A stretch of 49,755 nucleotides of DNA from Candidatus Heimdallarchaeota archaeon (lineage in GTDB: Archaea; Asgardarchaeota; Heimdallarchaeia; Hodarchaeales; Hodarchaeaceae), in assembly GCA_019057635.1 (NCBI GenBank), contig DXJL01000174.1, positions 1 through 49,755 on the forward strand, written 5' to 3'. The position numbers and the translations under genes are program-made. This document shows, piece after piece, positions 21,507-30,895 of the stretch (position 1 is its first letter; each line of letters opens with the position of its first letter). The notes below the pieces were generated by a model. That model saw only the letters and a program-made list of their open reading frames with translations, was not told where the DNA came from and made no database searches.

Positions 21507-22184
21507 ATGATGGATTTTTCGGAACCTAGAGTTTTACATACCCCTCCATACGTCCAACTCGCCATTGATATCCCCTTGATTTCGAGCGTAAGAAATCTTT
21601 TTGATCAAATTGCTGAAATAGCGACTTCTCGTCTCTTAATAGAAATTGGTACTCCATTTTTGAAAAATGAAGGCCTACGTTCTGTGGTACCATTTTGCAG
21701 GGAATATTTTCCCTCTAATTATCTCATTGCAGATCTAAAAACATTGGATGTAGGAAAATTAGAGGTAAGTTTAGGTTCTAAGATGGGTGTGAATGCGTGC
21801 GTAGTCTCGGGCCTTGCTCCGATTGCTACGATAAACAATTTTATAGACGAATGTAGAAATTCAAACGTTGATAGCTGGGTAGATACATTAGGTATATCGT
21901 TTGATGATTTTAGAACGAAAATAAAGTCATTAAAATCTTTTCCTGATGTATTGGTTATTCACAGGGGAATCGATGAAGAAAATTCTGGAAAAAAATATTC
22001 TTGGGAAATAATTAAGCAGTACAAGTCTTTAGTACCGAGTTTGATAGCTGTAGCTGGAGGGATAACTTTAAAAAATCTTCAAGAACCCCTGAAAAATGGT
22101 TCTGATATAATAATTGTTGGTAGAGCCATTTATCAAGCAGAAGATCCATTGGTTCAGCTAAAAAAATTCCTCTCGGCAATTTGA
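21507..22184 (+). CDS. hxlA: 3-hexulose-6-phosphate synthase (OMPDC-like barrel); start uncertain (ORF open from 21441)
   Basis: QLAID, IEIGTP, ADLKTLDVG, HRGIDEE, AVAGGI, IIVGRAI. Confidence 0.85.
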   Translation: MMDFSEPRVLHTPPYVQLAIDIPLISSVRNLFDQIAEIATSRLLIEIGTPFLKNEGLRSVVPFCREYFPSNYLIADLKTLDVGKLEVSLGSKMGVNACVVSGLAPIATINNFIDECRNSNVDSWVDTLGISFDDFRTKIKSLKSFPDVLVIHRGIDEENSGKKYSWEIIKQYKSLVPSLIAVAGGITLKNLQEPLKNGSDIIIVGRAIYQAEDPLVQLKKFLSAI

Positions 22185-22214
22185 GACGGAAAAAAGGAAC
22201 ACTACTGTTATTGG

Positions 22215-23372
22215 TTATTCTATATTAGCGTGTTCAGCTCTCATGGATTCTTCTGTAATACCTAAATTGTAAGCTATTTGAGCTACACATGAATCTAAAG
22301 TAATCGCTGCTGCATATTCGAACGCGGGGATAAAAAAGGACAAATCTGAAATTTGACGTAATTCCACACTTACTTCCTCATGTCTTCCCTCAATTTCCAG
22401 TAATATATCGCTTTCTTTTGCTAAGGTTGACTCTGGAAAAGACGTTAATCCGAGAATTTTCATTTTAGACAGTTTAGCACTTTTAACTCGCTCTAATGTT
22501 CTACTAGAAACGCCTGAACCTGAGATACTTATTAATAAATCACCTTTGTTTCTAAATCGCCAATCATATGCCGATTTGACGTGTATTCCCAGGTGACTCA
22601 GCCGTATAGAAGAAATGCTGGCAATAACAGAATCTAAGCCACTACCAAATATGAAGAGATTATTTTCAGGATGGAGCGAGTAAGGTTCGATCGTATTAAT
22701 AAAATGTTGAAGAGGGGTTTCATTCTTCCTTATATTATGTAAAGTTGAATCTACGGCTGTTAAAACAATATTTATGCCTTCATTAAATCCCTTTACAATA
22801 GAATCTTCTATTAGTCCAGATACTACTCCAAAGCCAATCACCATTGTTGTCATTTCGAATAAAGTACCTAAAGGTGTCAAAGGTGCACCAGAAGTAATTT
22901 TTCCAGTCGATTCAGCTCTCGAAGAACCTGTTTTTACATAACCACGAGGAATTATCATTATTGAATCTGCCAATCGCGCAGCCAGAGATTTGCCATCACC
23001 TGTAAACGCTAAAATCTTTGCTTTCCTAAGGATTGCATTCTGTATTGCCTTTGTAGTGAAATTGGTCCATCCTGAGCCAGTAACACCAATTACTACATCA
23101 TTTGCTCTAACTGGTTTAGCTAAACTCTTTCCTAGATATGAAACCTCATAACCGATATTCTTTAACATCTCTCCAAAGAGCATTCCAACTTTTCCTGACC
23201 TCCCCATTCCGACAAGATGAATTCTATTTTCCCTTGCGCTCTGAATTATATTACAAAATTTGACTAAATGTGAGGGATCTTCATTTATTGAGTTTACTGC
23301 TTTTTTTGCAGTTTTCACTAGGAGTTCAAAAGCTGAATAAAATGAATCAAGATTTTTTGTTTGAGCACTCAT
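22215..23372 (-). CDS. hxlB: 6-phospho-3-hexuloisomerase-like protein with two tandem SIS domains
   Basis: GMGRSG..TGSGWT..PLGTLFE in domain 1; GSGLDS..SGSGVS..AFE..HANIE in domain 2; adjacent to HPS. Confidence 0.8.
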   Translation of the reverse strand: MSAQTKNLDSFYSAFELLVKTAKKAVNSINEDPSHLVKFCNIIQSARENRIHLVGMGRSGKVGMLFGEMLKNIGYEVSYLGKSLAKPVRANDVVIGVTGSGWTNFTTKAIQNAILRKAKILAFTGDGKSLAARLADSIMIIPRGYVKTGSSRAESTGKITSGAPLTPLGTLFEMTTMVIGFGVVSGLIEDSIVKGFNEGINIVLTAVDSTLHNIRKNETPLQHFINTIEPYSLHPENNLFIFGSGLDSVIASISSIRLSHLGIHVKSAYDWRFRNKGDLLISISGSGVSSRTLERVKSAKLSKMKILGLTSFPESTLAKESDILLEIEGRHEEVSVELRQISDLSFFIPAFEYAAAITLDSCVAQIAYNLGITEESMRAEHANIE

Positions 23373-23610
23373 CTAGGGGAGCTCCAAAGAGACAAGAAAG
23401 TATAAGGGAAGGAGATTCCTTCTGGGACAATAAGTCCTAAAAAAAATGTATCCTAATAGATTTTTGCACACTTGATCTAGAAATCAACCAAAGGAAGTAA
23501 ATTGATTGAAAACTTAAATAAATTTTATAAAAACTCCATCCGAGCCACCCCTTAATATAGAGTTCAAGAATATTACAATTCCAAAAGAAGGTGGATTTAT
23601 GGACTTGGAA

Positions 23611-24735
23611 TCATACTTGTCTCCAAGCAATCCCGTTCTTATCTGCATATTGTCTTGCTAATTGCATTTCAGTTGTAGTAACACGTCGATTAATGTCTTT
23701 ATACTCACTTCTATTTGCACGGTATTCTGGACGATATTGGGCCATGATATTAACAAAGGCTAATGGGACTTCATCTTTCACCCAATCTAGAATGGGGTAA
23801 GTATCTTTTTCAATTCGATTGGGCATACAAAGATGGCGAATAATGATTTCACCTGATCCTTCCGTATAAGCAAATTTTATATTACGTATAACTGTCTCCC
23901 AGTAGTTATTAACTCCCGACATTCGTTTTGCGAATGCATTGTCACGAAATTTCAAATCGGGGAGCCAAAAATCCATAATATCGACAAGTAGATTCATTGA
24001 TTCTTGAGTTAGATACATATTTGAGTTCCAAAGCTGAACAATATTATTATCTAGCGTTTGGAGAGACTGTATGATATTGTGCACATTTGGGATAGGATCA
24101 CCTCCAACCCAATTGATGTTTATTGCGCCCTCGGAAATCAACTTTTGCTGAATGGCAACAAGATGGGAGGAACCCACTTCATTTCCCTTAATATTTATAT
24201 TATCCTTATTCCAATCCTGTGAGATATCATGATTTTGACAAAAAACACATTTAAAGACACATGAGGCAAAAAATATCGTGCCAGAGGGAACTAATGGTGG
24301 TTCCTCACCAACATGCAAAAATGCAGATGATACTACAGATTTTACTCCAAGTTTACATATTCCAGTTTCTCCCGCTTTTCGATTTACGTGACACCTTCGT
24401 TCGCAAAAATGACAATTTTCAATAATCTTATCTGCAATTTTTGCTTTTAAGTCCAAAAAACTAATTTCAGGAGATTCTATATCTTTTAATATTACATTCC
24501 CTTTATCACAATCTTTTACTAACGAATTAAAATCATGATGCACTTCTTTATGTTTTAACCAGATTTTTTCAATGTTATTTTCTGAATCATCAAGACCAAT
24601 AACAGGTGTTTTTTTTGCAATCAAAAATCTGGCTATTTTTTTTCCTTTACAGATAGCCCGGTACCGAGTTAATCTTTCAGAAAGCACAGGATCCAGCCAT
24701 ATTGATTCGGATGGCATTCGTAGAATACGAACCAT
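23611..24735 (-). CDS. PflX-like radical SAM protein (COG1313)
   Basis: CHFCERRC, HVGEEPPLVPSGTIFF, CVFKCVFCQN, NIMAQYRP. Confidence 0.88.
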   Translation of the reverse strand: MVRILRMPSESIWLDPVLSERLTRYRAICKGKKIARFLIAKKTPVIGLDDSENNIEKIWLKHKEVHHDFNSLVKDCDKGNVILKDIESPEISFLDLKAKIADKIIENCHFCERRCHVNRKAGETGICKLGVKSVVSSAFLHVGEEPPLVPSGTIFFASCVFKCVFCQNHDISQDWNKDNINIKGNEVGSSHLVAIQQKLISEGAININWVGGDPIPNVHNIIQSLQTLDNNIVQLWNSNMYLTQESMNLLVDIMDFWLPDLKFRDNAFAKRMSGVNNYWETVIRNIKFAYTEGSGEIIIRHLCMPNRIEKDTYPILDWVKDEVPLAFVNIMAQYRPEYRANRSEYKDINRRVTTTEMQLARQYADKNGIAWRQV

Positions 24736-25008
24736 TTTCTTACCCTTTTCTAAATCTTCCTACTCCAGTTCGATTTAAGTATCCTCAATCCAGGAAATAA
24801 GACTATATCCACCTAATATATTGATATCCTAGTAATTTGCTAATACTTCAAAGATGATTGAATCACTTATCTTTCAGTGGAGATATTAGTTCTTCTTTTA
24901 TGTTTTATTTAGCATTAACCATTTCGTAAAAAACCTTCTAGAGAAAAGGACTTCAAGAGAACATAAAAAAAGCCTTTATAGTCAAGAATTGTTATCATAT
25001 TAATTGAG

Positions 25009-25239
25009 GTGCAGATAATCGCAAAATGTCCTGAATGTGGAGGATTAGCAAAATGGAATTCTCCCTTCTATGTTTGTACAGTATGTGGGTTAGCATTACG
25101 TCGTCGTGAATATGAAAGAATGCATGATAAGCAGAAAGAAGTCCTATATGATGCTCAAATCTCCGAAAATGAGCAGGATAACAAAAAACGACGTAAAGAA
25201 CGAGATTACTTAGATTGGTTCCTCGGCTCTAAAAAATAA
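25009..25239 (+). CDS. Small Zn-ribbon protein
   Basis: CPECGG...CTVCG, charged tail ending YLDWFL. Confidence 0.7.
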   Translation: MQIIAKCPECGGLAKWNSPFYVCTVCGLALRRREYERMHDKQKEVLYDAQISENEQDNKKRRKERDYLDWFLGSKK

Positions 25240-25420
25240 TCATTCTTATTTAATCTATATGAGAATGCTCCCAAGTATTATAACATAACCCTATATCTAG
25301 CAGTTATTTTTTGTACAAAAACATAAACAAGCACTGAAGGATTAAAAGAGAGCTAAGGATGCCATTTTACTGAAGTTAATTATTTATTCTTAGTTATTCA
25401 GACTCTTTCTCTAAGAATAA

Positions 25421-25523
25421 CGGGCCCTGTGAGATTTGAACTCACGACCTCTATTGAGGGATCATATAAGGAAAGATCCTTGCTCCGGAGGCAAGCGCTC
25501 TGTCCATGCTAAGCGAAGGGCCC
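25421..25523 (-). tRNA. tRNA-Arg(CCG) with 28-nt intron at about 41/42 (25453-25480)
   Basis: GGGCCCT/AGGGCCC acceptor, CTTGC-CTCCGGA-GCAAG anticodon arm, GTGAG-TTCAAAT-CTCAC T arm. Confidence 0.9.
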
Positions 25524-25575
25524 TAGTTACTAATAAAACCTATCCCTTAATCTATTATTCCTTGAATTAAGATAA

Positions 25576-25709
25576 CGGACTCGAGGGGATTTGAACCCCC
25601 GACCCTCTGCTTTCTCTCTGAGTCGCTATAGCGTAATCAATAGGAGGCAGACGCTCTCTACAGAAGATCTGTATATACAGAAACCCTATCCATGCTGAGC
25701 TACGAGTCC
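25576..25709 (-). tRNA. tRNA-Arg(CCT) with two introns: D-loop about 20/21 (25658-25687) and canonical 37/38 (25612-25640)
   Basis: GGACTCG/CGAGTCC acceptor; removing both inserts restores a normal cloverleaf with TCTGC-CTCCTAA-GCAGA. Confidence 0.9.
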
Positions 25710-25727
25710 AGATATGATGATATTAGG

Positions 25728-25835
25728 TGGCGGATCCGAGGGGATTTGAACCCCCGACCTGCGACTTAGAAGGCCGCCGCTCTTTCTAGAAGCTCTAACC
25801 ATGCAAAAGCTTTATCCTGGCTAAGCCACGGATCC
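25728..25835 (-). tRNA. tRNA-Arg(TCT), CCA encoded, D-loop intron about 20/21 (25784-25813)
   Basis: GGATCCG/CGGATCC-G-CCA; GCGGC-CTTCTAA-GTCGC anticodon arm. Confidence 0.92.
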
Positions 25836-26028
25836 TAATTTATTATAAGAAGTCACGTGTTAGAGGTTTTGAAAAACTTCTCTCTTAATTTCTATAATAT
25901 TATCAATTTTGTCCGACACCTAGTACTTATCCTTACTGAACAAGAAAGAAGTTTAATTTCGTCGTATTCGCCACTTTCACCGCTCTCTCTCTGTTACAAG
26001 CTTATAAGAGGGAATATGCTAGAAAGGA

Positions 26029-27300
26029 GTGGGAATGCGTACCAAGAAACACCCTCAACCGCAGTTAGCGATCCGAATGCAGCTGAAAACGCGGCCCGTA
26101 TTTACTGATTTGTGCACCTGTGCGAAAAATCTCTATAATTGCGCAACCTATGAGGTTCGCCAAGAATTCTTCAGGACAGGGAAATGGCTCCAGTATACGG
26201 CGCTATATCATCGGCTCAAGCACGAACCTGTCTATCTAGCATTAAAACACATCTCGGATAGCTATTTACCCCAGCAAGTCTTACGACAGATAGAACAGGT
26301 CTGGCGCGGTTTTTTTAACGCACTGAAAGCCTGGAAAAATGATCCCACTAAGTTTCAAACCCGGCCTCGAACCCCACGCTATAAACCCAAGAATGGGATG
26401 CATATGCTAAGTTTTCCTCGGCCCCGCGTTCGTATCCGTAATAACCAAATATTATTTGCCCGAAATCTCATGGCTCGAGGCTTTCCGACCTTTCCAGTGG
26501 GGTCTCTTCCAGTAACAGCCGAAACGTGTATGGGAGCACGACTCGTTCCATTTTATGATCGTTTTGTGGTAGAAATAATTTATAAAGTGCAAGAGCAACA
26601 ATTTCCTTCTACTGATTTTCCTTCCCGTTCTATGGGAATTGATCTCGGACTCACCAACCTCGTAACTACGTCAGACGGCTTACTCGTCAAAGGCGGGGTT
26701 GTGAAGACCATTAATCAGTGGTATAACAAGCAGCTTGCGCATTATAGATCCAGGGCTTCCACCTGCAACCACCCGCTGATTACTCATCGCATTCTGCGGC
26801 TCCATCGGGTACGGACGAACAAACTCCGAGATTTCTTCCATCAAACCACACGGCGCCTCATCACTTATTGTTTAGCACACAATATTGAGACCTTAGTCAT
26901 TGGCTATAATACAGGATGGAAACAACATTGCAACCTGGGAAAACGCACCAATCAATCGTTTGTCCAACTTCCCTTCCTCCAGTTAGTCCGTATGCTCGAA
27001 TATAAAGCTAAACTTGTGGGCATGACAGTAATTCGCGTGAACGAAGCGTATACCTCCCAAGAGTGTAGTAAGTGTGGCCATATAGATAAAAAGAGCCGAA
27101 AATCTCGAGGTTCCTTTTGCTGTCAGGGGTGCGGAGTTCATCTGCATACTGATTATAATGCCGCTTGCAATATTCTTCAACGGTTTCACCCTGATCCCCA
27201 AGTAGTCCCCACGGTCAGTAACCCTTCTCTTGTTACTAACCTGCCGGATAGCGGATGTGTGACTCATCCTGTCCAGAATTCTTTTTATAGAGTTGTCTGA
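26029..27300 (+). CDS. tnpB: TnpB RNA-guided endonuclease (IS200/IS605 family, no tnpA nearby), intact ORF
   Basis: AKNLYN, GIDLG, VIGYN..WKQ, NEAYTS, CSKC/CQGC, TDYNAACNI, C-terminal GCVTHPV; higher GC than the flanks. Confidence 0.93.
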   Translation: MGMRTKKHPQPQLAIRMQLKTRPVFTDLCTCAKNLYNCATYEVRQEFFRTGKWLQYTALYHRLKHEPVYLALKHISDSYLPQQVLRQIEQVWRGFFNALKAWKNDPTKFQTRPRTPRYKPKNGMHMLSFPRPRVRIRNNQILFARNLMARGFPTFPVGSLPVTAETCMGARLVPFYDRFVVEIIYKVQEQQFPSTDFPSRSMGIDLGLTNLVTTSDGLLVKGGVVKTINQWYNKQLAHYRSRASTCNHPLITHRILRLHRVRTNKLRDFFHQTTRRLITYCLAHNIETLVIGYNTGWKQHCNLGKRTNQSFVQLPFLQLVRMLEYKAKLVGMTVIRVNEAYTSQECSKCGHIDKKSRKSRGSFCCQGCGVHLHTDYNAACNILQRFHPDPQVVPTVSNPSLVTNLPDSGCVTHPVQNSFYRVV

Positions 27301-27359
27301 TAAAATTAGTCATGAAGTAGGATTTTGTTTTCAATCGAATAAAAATATTCAATAAAACT

Positions 27360-29303
27360 TTAACTTGGATAACCAACGGATTTGAGGGATGATCTCATGC
27401 CCTGCAGCTTAGTTGATGGATCAAGATTCACATCTCGACTCTTAGAGTCCCATCCTACTAGAGCAATGGCTAAAACTTCCTCTAATGTCTCTACAGGATG
27501 AATTTTTATAGCATCCTTAATCTTGTCTTCTAGAACTACATCTTCAAGATTTGATTTCGGTATAATGACTTCCTTGATGCCCGCTTCATACGCGCCTTCA
27601 ATCTTTGCAGTAGCTCCTCCGATTGGTAATACAGTACCTCTTACAGAGAATGATCCAGTCATAGCAAGACCTTGTCGGACAGGTAGGTTCTCTAAGTCGC
27701 TCATTATCGCAGTAGCAATTGTTATACTGGCACTATCTCCATCTATCCCATGAACTCCTAAAAATTGTATGTGAAAATCTAGATTTCTAATATTCGTACC
27801 AGCATATTTTTTGAACCATGCAGATACATTTTGCACTGATTCACGAGCAATCACACGTAAACTCCCCGTTGCTATTACTCTTCCACCTATTCCCTGAGCA
27901 GGAGTCACAGTTGCCTCAATAGGGGTAATATGTCCACCACGGGCAGCACCAGAGTCGCCAGCCATAACAGCAAGACCGTTAACACGACCTATGATGGTTC
28001 CCACCGTTTCAAATATTTTATATTCTTTTTTGATTTCTATTTGCTTGTCTGCAATTTGATTTTCGAGTGATCGTGCGAGAGGTCGTGATGCAAACACATG
28101 TCGAGCTTCAACGAATGGGACTCCTTCTTCTCTTGCTAGATCTCCTGCAGCTCTTATTAAACCACCCAAATCACGAAGTCGTAAAGTTAAATGGTGTTTT
28201 CTGTCAGCTCGTTTCTTCGCTTCCAATATAATCGTAAGTACTGCTGCACGTGAGAAGTGAGGAATCTTACCGTCATTCGTTATTTCTTGGGCTACAAATC
28301 GAACTAATTTCCTTCGATTCTCCATAGTATCTTTCATAACATGGTTTACGGCGATTTCATATCCATATCCACGAATTCTAGATCGTAATGCAGGATGCAT
28401 CCGTCTAACTGTATCAATATTACCTGAAGCGACTAAAACAAAATCACAGGGAACAGCGTCTGTTCTTACCATTGCCCCACTGGATAGCTCCGAGCGGCCG
28501 GTAATGGAAAGTTGCCTGTCTTGCATTGCAGTTAATAGTTGTTGTTGTGTTTTTTGGTTCAATGTTGCTACTTCATCAATATATAGGACACCTTTGTGCG
28601 ATTTATGAATTAACCCAGCCTCAACACGGTCATGTGCCGGAGTTCCTAAACCACCAGATTGGAAAGGGTCATGTCGAACGTCTCCTAAGAGAGCCCCTGC
28701 ATGTGCTCCTGTGGCATCATTAAACGGTGCACTACTACGTTCAGAATTATCCACTAGTAGTTTTGGTACAAGATTCTCTTTTCTTGATCTGAATTGGCCT
28801 ATAACGAAAAAGGCAACGAGAGCAACAAGAATAGCAAAGAGTAGGGGATTACCCTCTGGATTGGTTACCTGTAGAACTAAACCGATAAGAATAACAAGCG
28901 CAGGAATACCTAACAATAACATACTTCTTTGTTGATCGGTCTTTCTGGCTAATTGTTTATAGTGATCTACAATTTTTCTTCCTTCCACTGCAGGAACTGT
29001 CATGATTCTCGGTGTGTGGGAGTCATTTTGGTTGGGTAAGCACAATATATCTTCTAATTCTTCACGTGGAAGTAACTCAGCCAGAGCTTGCCCTAACATG
29101 GATTTTCCTGTACCAGGATCACCAATTAATAAGACATTTCTTCTCTGAATCGCTGCTTTTTTAATAATTGCAACTGATGGTTCTTGACCGATAACCCGGT
29201 CGACTAATCTAGAGGGAATAGGAATATCTTGTGTAGTTTCAAATTCCATGTCAACATCAATCGATTCACTCTTGACCTGTACCATAATTTCATTCAACTT
29301 CAT
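27360..29303 (-). CDS. lonB: Archaeal membrane-bound Lon protease LonB
   Basis: GDPGTGKS, TM hairpin inside the AAA domain, catalytic DGDSAS and AKIEGA. Confidence 0.96.
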   Translation of the reverse strand: MKLNEIMVQVKSESIDVDMEFETTQDIPIPSRLVDRVIGQEPSVAIIKKAAIQRRNVLLIGDPGTGKSMLGQALAELLPREELEDILCLPNQNDSHTPRIMTVPAVEGRKIVDHYKQLARKTDQQRSMLLLGIPALVILIGLVLQVTNPEGNPLLFAILVALVAFFVIGQFRSRKENLVPKLLVDNSERSSAPFNDATGAHAGALLGDVRHDPFQSGGLGTPAHDRVEAGLIHKSHKGVLYIDEVATLNQKTQQQLLTAMQDRQLSITGRSELSSGAMVRTDAVPCDFVLVASGNIDTVRRMHPALRSRIRGYGYEIAVNHVMKDTMENRRKLVRFVAQEITNDGKIPHFSRAAVLTIILEAKKRADRKHHLTLRLRDLGGLIRAAGDLAREEGVPFVEARHVFASRPLARSLENQIADKQIEIKKEYKIFETVGTIIGRVNGLAVMAGDSGAARGGHITPIEATVTPAQGIGGRVIATGSLRVIARESVQNVSAWFKKYAGTNIRNLDFHIQFLGVHGIDGDSASITIATAIMSDLENLPVRQGLAMTGSFSVRGTVLPIGGATAKIEGAYEAGIKEVIIPKSNLEDVVLEDKIKDAIKIHPVETLEEVLAIALVGWDSKSRDVNLDPSTKLQGMRSSLKSVGYPS

Positions 29304-29714
29304 AGAAAGCTGGACTTAACAGATGCATTTGCTAGCTCGTTCATAAAATGATTAGAATAAGCTAAATGTTATTAATGGATTGAGAAAACATCTGTTCTTT
29401 CATATCTACTTATGTCCCTCTTCCATCGAATTCTTTTAAATGACTAGGTTTCATGAAGTCGAACTAAGTGGGAAAAAATCAAACGCAGGAATATTAACAT
29501 TATTCACGTTTATTGCCGAATCATTCGAGTTTTCACCTTTTAACTTAATCCAATTATTATTTATCTTTAAGATTTCCCCTTCAATATGAAAACTCCTATG
29601 AAAACGCTAAATCGATACGCTTAGTGAAATTATATTAAGTTATCTGTCACAATCAAGCCTTAATATTTGGATAAACAAAAAAATTATTATGGTGGAGATA
29701 TTCATCACAAATTA

Positions 29715-30833
29715 TTACCGTAAAGAGAATACTAAAATTTTTCTGGTTAATGACCGGTGAATATATTGGTAAAATTTTCTATATGACGCATTGAGAATGG
29801 TAGCAGCCTCTTCTTCAAGATTAACTGTAGAAGGAACTGAAATGACCAAACGACTATTGGGGGAGAGAATTGACTTTATTTCTATGAAAAATTGTATTAG
29901 AAGATCATTCAGGTCGTAACCTTTAGTGGATGCAGCAGTTCCATACGGTGGATCCGTAATAACAGCTGATATTGCACCAAAACGAAATCCTAAATGTTTA
30001 GCATCCCCAAAAATTAAATTGGTTAGAGGAAAGGTGATTTTATCCGATGTTAAGTTCCTAAATGCTCCCCATACAATTCTACGATCAATTTCAATTCCCA
30101 CACTTCTGAAACCCAGTCTAGAGGCTTCCAGCAAAGCTCCCCCTGTTCCACAAAATGGATCCAATAGCCATTGGCCCTCTTTAATTGCTGTAAGATTGAC
30201 TAAGGTTCTTTGTAAAATTGGATTCATTGAACTTGGATGAAAAAAGGGACGATCCCTTGCAGTACGTTTTCTGACTGCTTGTCGCAAAGATTCTAAAATG
30301 TGTAAACCAAACCATAACCCGTACTTACTTACAATAACTCGATAAAGTTCTTCAGGTTGTTCTAAATCAACTTTTTTGTTAGGAAATCGCTTTAGAATAG
30401 CCGCTCCAAAATAATTTGTTATTTCTTGAGTAATCTGGGGTTTTGTTAATATTCCAACTGGATTTCTTATTCGTCGTGTTCTCACACAGAAAGTGGTTGT
30501 TGGTTCCAAGTCTAATAAATTATTGGTGTCAAAGGATTGTACTAATTCGTTAAATTCATTCGTAGAACTATTCTTGTATTCAACTTGAAAGAGCAATTTA
30601 CAGCAACAGTGAACCATTGTGGCTCTTTGTATCAACTTTTGAAGGATAGACCGTTCATCATTTTGTAATAATGTCTCTTTTAACTTAATATTGACAATTC
30701 GTGAGTCAAACGTACGCTCTAATTGGATCAGGTCATTCATGGATGAGATAATGCTTTCCAGCTCATAAAGAGCGAGTTCAGGATTCTCTCCTGATAAAAG
30801 ACAGAAATACTCAGAATTATAACTTGAATTCAT
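29715..30833 (-). CDS. trm11: tRNA m2G10 methyltransferase (THUMP + methyltransferase)
   Basis: LSGENPEL, RPFFHPSSM, LDPFCGTGG, TDPPYG, HRSLTR. Confidence 0.9.
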   Translation of the reverse strand: MNSSYNSEYFCLLSGENPELALYELESIISSMNDLIQLERTFDSRIVNIKLKETLLQNDERSILQKLIQRATMVHCCCKLLFQVEYKNSSTNEFNELVQSFDTNNLLDLEPTTTFCVRTRRIRNPVGILTKPQITQEITNYFGAAILKRFPNKKVDLEQPEELYRVIVSKYGLWFGLHILESLRQAVRKRTARDRPFFHPSSMNPILQRTLVNLTAIKEGQWLLDPFCGTGGALLEASRLGFRSVGIEIDRRIVWGAFRNLTSDKITFPLTNLIFGDAKHLGFRFGAISAVITDPPYGTAASTKGYDLNDLLIQFFIEIKSILSPNSRLVISVPSTVNLEEEAATILNASYRKFYQYIHRSLTRKILVFSLR

Positions 30834-30895
30834 AACCAGCTATCCATCATAGTTATAATAACTTATGCAAAGATAAATTTGTCATGTATGATATT

